A stretch of DNA of 64,000 nucleotides, taken from assembly GCA_038231455.1 (NCBI GenBank), contig JBBRLI010000001.1, positions 64,001 to 128,000 of the forward strand. Direction: 5' to 3'. A program made the position numbers and the translations under genes. A model generated the notes under the pieces. That model was not told the DNA's origin and did no database searches. It worked only from the letters and a program-made list of their open reading frames with translations. Below, piece by piece: positions 58,262-64,000 of the stretch. How positions within the stretch are numbered: the stretch's first letter is position 1; every line of letters starts with the position of its first letter. Source of the stretch: Vulcanimicrobiales bacterium (GTDB lineage Bacteria; Vulcanimicrobiota; Vulcanimicrobiia; Vulcanimicrobiales; Vulcanimicrobiaceae).

Positions 58262-59878
58262 GTGAGCATGCTCTTCACCGGCGCCCCGCTCGAAGCGCAC
58301 GCACCGACGATGATCGATCATCTCGAGCGCTGGGCCGCGGAAACCCCAACGCGCGTCTTCTTGGCTGAGCGGACCGGGTCTGAATCGTGGGAGAGCATCG
58401 ATTACGCAACGATGCTCGCGCGCACGATACGTATCGCGCAGGGTCTGCTCGATGCGGGCGCATCGCTCGAACGACCGGTCGCGATCGTCTCGGAGAATAG
58501 CATCGCACACGCGCTCGCGGTCTTCGGCGCTCAGTTCGCAGGCGTTCCCGCAGCGCCAATCGCGCCCGCGACGGCCGTTGCCGGAGGCGAACGGTTCGAG
58601 GCGATCGTCGCCGCTCTCACGCCAATCGCCATCCTCGGCGATGACCTCTCGGCATACGACATGCAAGCGGGCGTCCGGGCTCTTGCGGCACGACGGACAA
58701 TTGGTCCCGACACGATTGCCAAGATCATCTTCACGTCCGGCTCGACGGGGCCACCCAAAGGTGTCATCACAACGCAACGCATGCTCTGTGCAAATCAACA
58801 AAGCATCGCGCAACTTTGGCCGTTCGCGCGCGAACCGCAGACACTGGTCGATTGGCTTCCATGGCATCACGTCTACGGCGGTAACAAAGTGCTCGGCCTC
58901 GCGCTCGCCAGCGGCGGGACGCTGTACATCGACGGCGGCAAACCAACCGCGGATGGTCTTGCGATCACGATCCGCAACCTGCGCGAGATTGCGCCGACGG
59001 CATACTTCAGCGTGCCGCGCGGTTACACGATGCTCGCCGAGGCAATCGCGAACGATCGATCGCTTGCAGCATCACTCTTCGGTCGCACGGCACTACTCTG
59101 CAACGCGGGTGCTGCGCTCAGTGACCGCGTTGCAGACACCTTGCGCGCTCATGCGCGTGCGCACGGCCGCGACGTCCCGATCGTCTCCTGCTGGGGAACG
59201 ACCGAAACCGCACCGATGGCGACCGCTCCATCAAATGTTCAGGACGCGCGCGCGACGATCGGCGGCCCGGTGCCCGGAGTGACGGTCAAACTCCAACCGC
59301 AAGACGGTCGCAACGAGCTGCGCGTGCGCGGTCCGAGCGTCACGCCGGGCTACTGGCGCGATCCCGCGCGCACGGCAGATGCATTCGACGCGCAGGGCTT
59401 CTATTGCAGCGGCGATGCGGGCGCGCCGATCGACGAAATGAACCTGCGCTTCGAGGGCCGTATCGGCGAGAATTTCAAACTGTCCTCGGCGACCTGGGTC
59501 AACGTCTCAGCGGTCCGGGCGCGGTTTCTCGAAGCCATCGGGCCGCTCGTCGAGGACGTCGTCCTCAGCGGCGAAGATCGCGAGCGAATCGGCGCGCTCG
59601 TGTTCTTGGATCCCGGCCAATCCGCGAGCTATTCGCAAGAGGAGATCGCCCGGCAGATCGCTGCGGCGCTCTCGGCCTGCGCGGGACCGGATTCGGCATC
59701 GATCGCGCGCGCGATTGCAATTGCGGAACCGCCGCGGTCAGCAGCGGAACGCACGGCAAAAGGCACCCTCAACGCACGCGAAGTCCTCGGTCGACGGGCC
59801 GCGATCCTCGCGCGTTTGCATGCCGAAAACCCCGATGGCGAGATCATCTGCCGTGCGCAGGGTACACCGTTTACATGA
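58262..59878 (+). CDS. Feruloyl-CoA synthase-like AMP-binding enzyme
   Basis: FTSGSTGPPKGVITTQRMLCANQ, LVDWLPWHH, GTLYIDGGKP, WGTTETAP, ENFKLSSATWV. Confidence 0.82.
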   Translation: MSMLFTGAPLEAHAPTMIDHLERWAAETPTRVFLAERTGSESWESIDYATMLARTIRIAQGLLDAGASLERPVAIVSENSIAHALAVFGAQFAGVPAAPIAPATAVAGGERFEAIVAALTPIAILGDDLSAYDMQAGVRALAARRTIGPDTIAKIIFTSGSTGPPKGVITTQRMLCANQQSIAQLWPFAREPQTLVDWLPWHHVYGGNKVLGLALASGGTLYIDGGKPTADGLAITIRNLREIAPTAYFSVPRGYTMLAEAIANDRSLAASLFGRTALLCNAGAALSDRVADTLRAHARAHGRDVPIVSCWGTTETAPMATAPSNVQDARATIGGPVPGVTVKLQPQDGRNELRVRGPSVTPGYWRDPARTADAFDAQGFYCSGDAGAPIDEMNLRFEGRIGENFKLSSATWVNVSAVRARFLEAIGPLVEDVVLSGEDRERIGALVFLDPGQSASYSQEEIARQIAAALSACAGPDSASIARAIAIAEPPRSAAERTAKGTLNAREVLGRRAAILARLHAENPDGEIICRAQGTPFT

Positions 59879-60051
59879 ACGATCGATCACGCCGCACCGA
59901 AACCGACGAGCGGGTCAAAGAAAACAAGACGCCGCCTTCCGCCCCCGCGATCGACCCCGAGCACGACGACCGCAGCCCGCTCGACGTTGCTTTTCCCGAA
60001 CCGAAAATCGAGCGAAACGACGATGATAAGAGCGCGATCCGAGGAGGGTGA
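59875..60051 (+). CDS. Small charged hypothetical protein
   Basis: ATG overlaps the upstream TGA (ATGA); 58 aa. Confidence 0.4.
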   Translation: MNDRSRRTETDERVKENKTPPSAPAIDPEHDDRSPLDVAFPEPKIERNDDDKSAIRGG

Positions 60052-60093
60052 GCGCTCGGTCGGCGGCAACCAACTCCCACTACGGAGGATGAC

Positions 60094-60459
60094 ATGGCTG
60101 CCACGGACCTTTTCGCGGGAACGGATCGACACGCACTCTATAACGCCGGCGAGCGCATTTTCGGACGCGGCGAACGTGGAGTGTTGATGTACGCCGTGCT
60201 GGAAGGCGCGGTTGATATCGTTCTGAAGGGCCGCCATATCGAGACGGTCGGCGTCGGCGGCGTCTTCGGTGAAATGGCACTCATCGACGATGAACCTCGG
60301 AGCGCTGAGGCCGTCGCGCAAGTCAAGACGCGCGTGGTGGAGATCGATCGCGATTCATTTCTCGCGCTCGTGCAGCTCTCGCCGGAGTTCGCGCTCGACG
60401 TGATGTCCGATCTCACGCGTCGGCTGCGTCACATGGACGCGCTCGCGCGCACATTCTAG
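60094..60459 (+). CDS. Stand-alone cyclic-nucleotide-binding domain protein
   Basis: FGEMALIDDEPRSA phosphate-binding cassette; no HTH; GGAGG RBS. Confidence 0.88.
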   Translation: MAATDLFAGTDRHALYNAGERIFGRGERGVLMYAVLEGAVDIVLKGRHIETVGVGGVFGEMALIDDEPRSAEAVAQVKTRVVEIDRDSFLALVQLSPEFALDVMSDLTRRLRHMDALARTF

Positions 60460-61919
60460 TGCTGCAGAGCGCGCTTCCTTTTCTGCACGACCGGGCCTAC
60501 ATCGACGGCGCATGGACGAACGCTGATTCCGGCGCCACCTACGACGTGCGCAATCCCTCCGACGGTACGCTGATCGCCTCGGTCCCGCGCATGGGCACTG
60601 CCGAAACACGAAGGGCGATCGAAGCGGCGCAGCGCGCGTACGGGCCGTGGCGTAAAAAGACGGCGAAAGAACGATCGATGATCGTGCGCCGCATCGGCGA
60701 GCTGATGATGGAATCGCAAGAAGACCTCGCATTACTGCTTACGCTCGAACAAGGCAAGCCACTCGCAGAAGCGCGCGCCGAGATCGCTTACGCGGCCTCG
60801 TTTTTCGAATGGTTTTCCGAAGAGTGTCGGCGCATGTACGGCGACGTTATCCCCGCGCACGCCGCCGACAAGCGCATCGTCGTCCTGAAAGAACCGATCG
60901 GCGTGTGCGCGGGCATTACTCCGTGGAATTTTCCAAGCGCGATGATCACGCGCAAAGCCGCTCCCGCCATCGCCGCGGGTTGCACGTTCGTCGTAAAGCC
61001 CGCCGAGCAGACACCGCTCTCGGCGCTCGCGCTCTGCGAGATCGCCGAACGCGCGGGCTTGCCGCCCGGCGTGCTCAGTGTCCTCACAGGCGATGCTGCC
61101 GATGCGCCGGAGATCGGCCGCGAACTCACCGAGAACCCCATCGTGCGCGCGGTGAGCTTCACCGGCTCGACCGAGGTCGGGAAAATCTTGATGCGCCAGT
61201 GCGCGTCCACGGTTAAGCGCGTTTCGCTCGAACTCGGCGGCAACGCGCCGTTCATCGTTTTCGACGATGCCGATCTCGAAGCGGCGGTCGAAGGTGCGAT
61301 CGCAAGTAAATTCCGCAACGCCGGGCAGACGTGCGTGTGCGCAAACCGCTTTCTCGTGCAAGATCGCATCTATCCGGTATTTGCCGAGCTTCTCGCACGC
61401 GCGGCAGCGGCACTTCCGGTCGGCGACGGCCTGGATCCCGCAGCGAAAATCGGTCCGCTCATCGATACCCCCGCGATCGAGAAAGTCGAAGACCACTTGC
61501 GCGACGCGAGCGAGCGAGGAGCACGCGTTATCACCGGCGGACAGCGCGCGAAGCAAGGCGGAACCTACTTCATGCCGACCGTCGTGGTCGATGTAACGAG
61601 CGCAATGCTTATGACGCGCGAAGAGACGTTCGGCCCCGTCGCCGGATTGCAGCGCTTCACGACCGAGGCCGAGGCGATCGCACTTGCCAACGATTCACCG
61701 TTTGGCCTCGCATCGTACGTCTACACGCGGGATAACGCGCGCGTTTGGCGGCTTGCGGAGGGCCTGGAGTCGGGAATCGTCGGCGTCAACACGGGGATCA
61801 TTTCAACGGAGATCGCGCCCTTCGGCGGCATGAAACAATCCGGACTCGGACGCGAAGGCTCGAAATACGGTCTAGATGAGTGGACCGAAACGAAATACGT
61901 CTGTATCGGTGGAGTCTAG
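60459..61919 (+). CDS. gabD: NAD(P)-dependent succinate-semialdehyde dehydrogenase
   Basis: ITPWNFPSAMITRK, SFTGST, LELGGNAP, FRNAGQTCVC, EETFGP. Confidence 0.93.
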   Translation: MLQSALPFLHDRAYIDGAWTNADSGATYDVRNPSDGTLIASVPRMGTAETRRAIEAAQRAYGPWRKKTAKERSMIVRRIGELMMESQEDLALLLTLEQGKPLAEARAEIAYAASFFEWFSEECRRMYGDVIPAHAADKRIVVLKEPIGVCAGITPWNFPSAMITRKAAPAIAAGCTFVVKPAEQTPLSALALCEIAERAGLPPGVLSVLTGDAADAPEIGRELTENPIVRAVSFTGSTEVGKILMRQCASTVKRVSLELGGNAPFIVFDDADLEAAVEGAIASKFRNAGQTCVCANRFLVQDRIYPVFAELLARAAAALPVGDGLDPAAKIGPLIDTPAIEKVEDHLRDASERGARVITGGQRAKQGGTYFMPTVVVDVTSAMLMTREETFGPVAGLQRFTTEAEAIALANDSPFGLASYVYTRDNARVWRLAEGLESGIVGVNTGIISTEIAPFGGMKQSGLGREGSKYGLDEWTETKYVCIGGV

Positions 61920-63592
61920 CCAACGACCACGTTTCGGCCCCGGGACTTCGCTGCGTAACACGCGGTATCTGCAGCGGCGAGAACGACCTCTGCTTCTTCT
62001 GCAAGCGTATCGATCGGCGCAAGACCGATGCTCACGCCGAGGGTCATCGCGCCGACGTCGGTTGCAAAGCGATAATCGGCAACAACGCCGCGGATGGTTT
62101 CTGCCACGCGCCTCGCGCCTTGCAGCGTGCAATCGTGCATGAGCAAGGCGAACTCGTCCCCGCCGAGGCGCGCGAAGCAATCGCGGTCGCGCACGACCGC
62201 ACCGATCGCCTCGGCGATTTCACGGAGGACGACGTCGCCGCCCGCGTGACCGCACCGGTCGTTGATCGCTTTAAAATGATCGAGGTCGAGATAGGCGACC
62301 ACGTGCTGCGCACCGCTCGCGCGTGCATCGCCGATTCCCGCCGAAAGTCGATCGAGGAAGTGACGCCGATTGAAAAGTCCCGTCAGCGCATCGTGCGTCG
62401 CCTCAAAAGCGAGCCGCCGATTGAGATTCACGTCCGCCGTCACGTCGACGAGCGCCATGACGTAGCCTTGGGCCTCCCGCTCGTACGAATCGATCGGCGA
62501 GAGATGATACGAAAACGTGCGTCGTCTGCCGCTACTTGCAATGCGGTCGGCATGTCCGCGCAACGTAGGCGAGCCCGACTCTTTCCAAGCGGCGACCGCA
62601 TCGAACGGCGTCTCGGTCCCGTGTTCGAGGAGATGCAGCAAGTTGGAAAGCGGCTGACCGTACGAATCGAAGGGCGTCGTCCCGAGCGCCGTGCAGGCGG
62701 CCGCGTTGACGAATTCGACTCGCTCATCGCCCACCGTCGTGATCACGGCATCGCCGATCGAAGCCAGCGTCACACGCAACTTCTGTCGTTCGGCGAATAA
62801 TGCGGTTTCAAATTCTTTCCGTGCCGAGACGTCGCGCAGTGTCCCGGCATAAAACACGAGCGTTCCCGTTTCATCAACGATCGGACGCAAGTCGACTTCG
62901 ATCCAGACTGGAAAGCCGCCGGCTTTATACATAATACATTGGGTATGCACGGTCGAACCGCGCATGAGCGCGTCGCGGATGAAGTCGACGCGGCGGCGAT
63001 CGGTCATCGCGCCGAGCAGACACTCACCCGTGGTTCCGATCAAATCGAGGCCCGCATAGCCGAAAAATGCTTCGTAGACACCGTTGACATAAACGATCGT
63101 GGGAACGTTGCCGATCGTCGGCGCTTCGAACACGACGAACGGGTCGGGCGATTCGGTGACGCTCTGCGCGAGCAAACGCACGCGTTCGCGCATACGTTCG
63201 TCGGCATCGGTCACGCCGATCGGATGCATGACGAGTTCGGCGATCTCTTGCGCGATGATGCAGATCGTCGCGCGGGCGGCCGGGTCGACGCTGCGATCTT
63301 CGCGATCGAGCACCCACAGGCGTGCACGTGAGGCCCCGGCATCGTCGACGATCGGCTTTACGAGAGCAACGGCGAAGCCGTTGTCGACGCGCTCGCCGAG
63401 TTTCTTCGTAAGCACGATCGTTTCAGCATCGCCAAGGCCGATCCCATAGGCACACGCGACGACGGTGCCGCGATCGGTCCGGCGTTCGAGAATGACGCTT
63501 GGCGCTTTCGCAACTCGCGCGACGAGACGAAGCAACGTTGCAAGCCCGGCTTGCACGCCGATCGAACCGTTTGCCGAGGAAAGCACCTCCAT
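61916..63592 (-). CDS. PAS-PAS-GGDEF diguanylate cyclase with a degenerate GAF-like N-terminus
   Basis: HDALTGLFNR, DLDHFK.IND..GH..GD, RDRD I-site, RLGGDEF. Confidence 0.92.
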   Translation of the reverse strand: MEVLSSANGSIGVQAGLATLLRLVARVAKAPSVILERRTDRGTVVACAYGIGLGDAETIVLTKKLGERVDNGFAVALVKPIVDDAGASRARLWVLDREDRSVDPAARATICIIAQEIAELVMHPIGVTDADERMRERVRLLAQSVTESPDPFVVFEAPTIGNVPTIVYVNGVYEAFFGYAGLDLIGTTGECLLGAMTDRRRVDFIRDALMRGSTVHTQCIMYKAGGFPVWIEVDLRPIVDETGTLVFYAGTLRDVSARKEFETALFAERQKLRVTLASIGDAVITTVGDERVEFVNAAACTALGTTPFDSYGQPLSNLLHLLEHGTETPFDAVAAWKESGSPTLRGHADRIASSGRRRTFSYHLSPIDSYEREAQGYVMALVDVTADVNLNRRLAFEATHDALTGLFNRRHFLDRLSAGIGDARASGAQHVVAYLDLDHFKAINDRCGHAGGDVVLREIAEAIGAVVRDRDCFARLGGDEFALLMHDCTLQGARRVAETIRGVVADYRFATDVGAMTLGVSIGLAPIDTLAEEAEVVLAAADTACYAAKSRGRNVVVG

Positions 63593-63734
63593 ATCACATC
63601 TATCGGCATGCCTTTTCTGAAAGCGGGTAGTCGGATGCGAAAAATGGTCCGTACGCCGTGGAGTGCGATGCAGATCACACCCGCGTTCACATCCCTGACA
63701 CGCCACGTTTACAGCCGCCCGCTAAGCTGGCGCG

Positions 63735-64000
63735 ATGGATTCCGCAGCCGCACTCATTACCGCGACCGATCCCCTCGCCGCCCGCACGATCGAGACGACA
63801 CTCGCGCGTTTCGGGACTGGGGCGCTCGCGGTCGCAGCGGAGGCCGGTATTCGCATCGTTGCACTCGAGCCACGCTGCGCCTACCGCGATGCGTCGCCAG
63901 CACTTCGACGCCTTGGCGCAGGCGTGGACGAGTGGCCCGCGCCCCCCGCCGGCCTGTTCGTCGTGGAAGAACGCACGATGTACCTTCGCACGTGTTCGCC
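63735..64000 (+). CDS. Partial CDS, possibly an ATLF-like zinc peptidase (runs off the window)
   Basis: Open frame MDSAAALITA...VDEWPAPPAGLFVVEERTMYLRTCS to the end of the window; HExxH not visible. Confidence 0.5.
   Translation, partial: MDSAAALITATDPLAARTIETTLARFGTGALAVAAEAGIRIVALEPRCAYRDASPALRRLGAGVDEWPAPPAGLFVVEERTMYLRTCS

Noticed and set aside
1-64000. tRNA (including tRNA-Sec), rRNA, IS elements, integrases or prophage genes
   Set aside because: None recognisable by eye; any Sec machinery must lie outside this window.

Overview
GC-rich bacterial chromosomal window with about 60 CDSs. I found no rRNA, tRNA, CRISPR array, integrase or transposase. Gene content suggests a motile diderm soil bacterium; Ca. 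Eremiobacterota/Vulcanimicrobiota is a guess only. Ordinary content: beta-oxidation and acyl-CoA ligase genes, S9 and M13 peptidases, OPT/MFS/MATE/RND transporters, rpiA, ltaE, mmsA, gabD, a TelA cluster, an orphan flagellin and a diguanylate cyclase. Two stand-out observations: (1) A probable selenoprotein that the ORF track truncates (minus strand, 17015-17425). It is a DUF442/Blh-type phosphatase-fold sulfurtransferase whose catalytic Cys codon is an in-frame TGA (VLIH-U-AGATRA), followed directly by a bacterial SECIS-like hairpin with a GGUC loop. (2) An operon with a sigma28-type promoter (38974-42733) in which two paralogous, divergent ModA-like binding proteins flank a CHASE3-type chemoreceptor with no ABC permease or ATPase, suggesting binding-protein-mediated chemotaxis to an oxyanion. 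Also notable: a chemoreceptor with two signalling domains, a CstR-like regulator/RND/DUF2892 module with readable operators, a RelE-like toxin with a 5'-truncated XRE antitoxin, a secreted NNGQYG-repeat protein, and several 3'-only gene relics. All family assignments come from motifs read by eye; no database searches were run.
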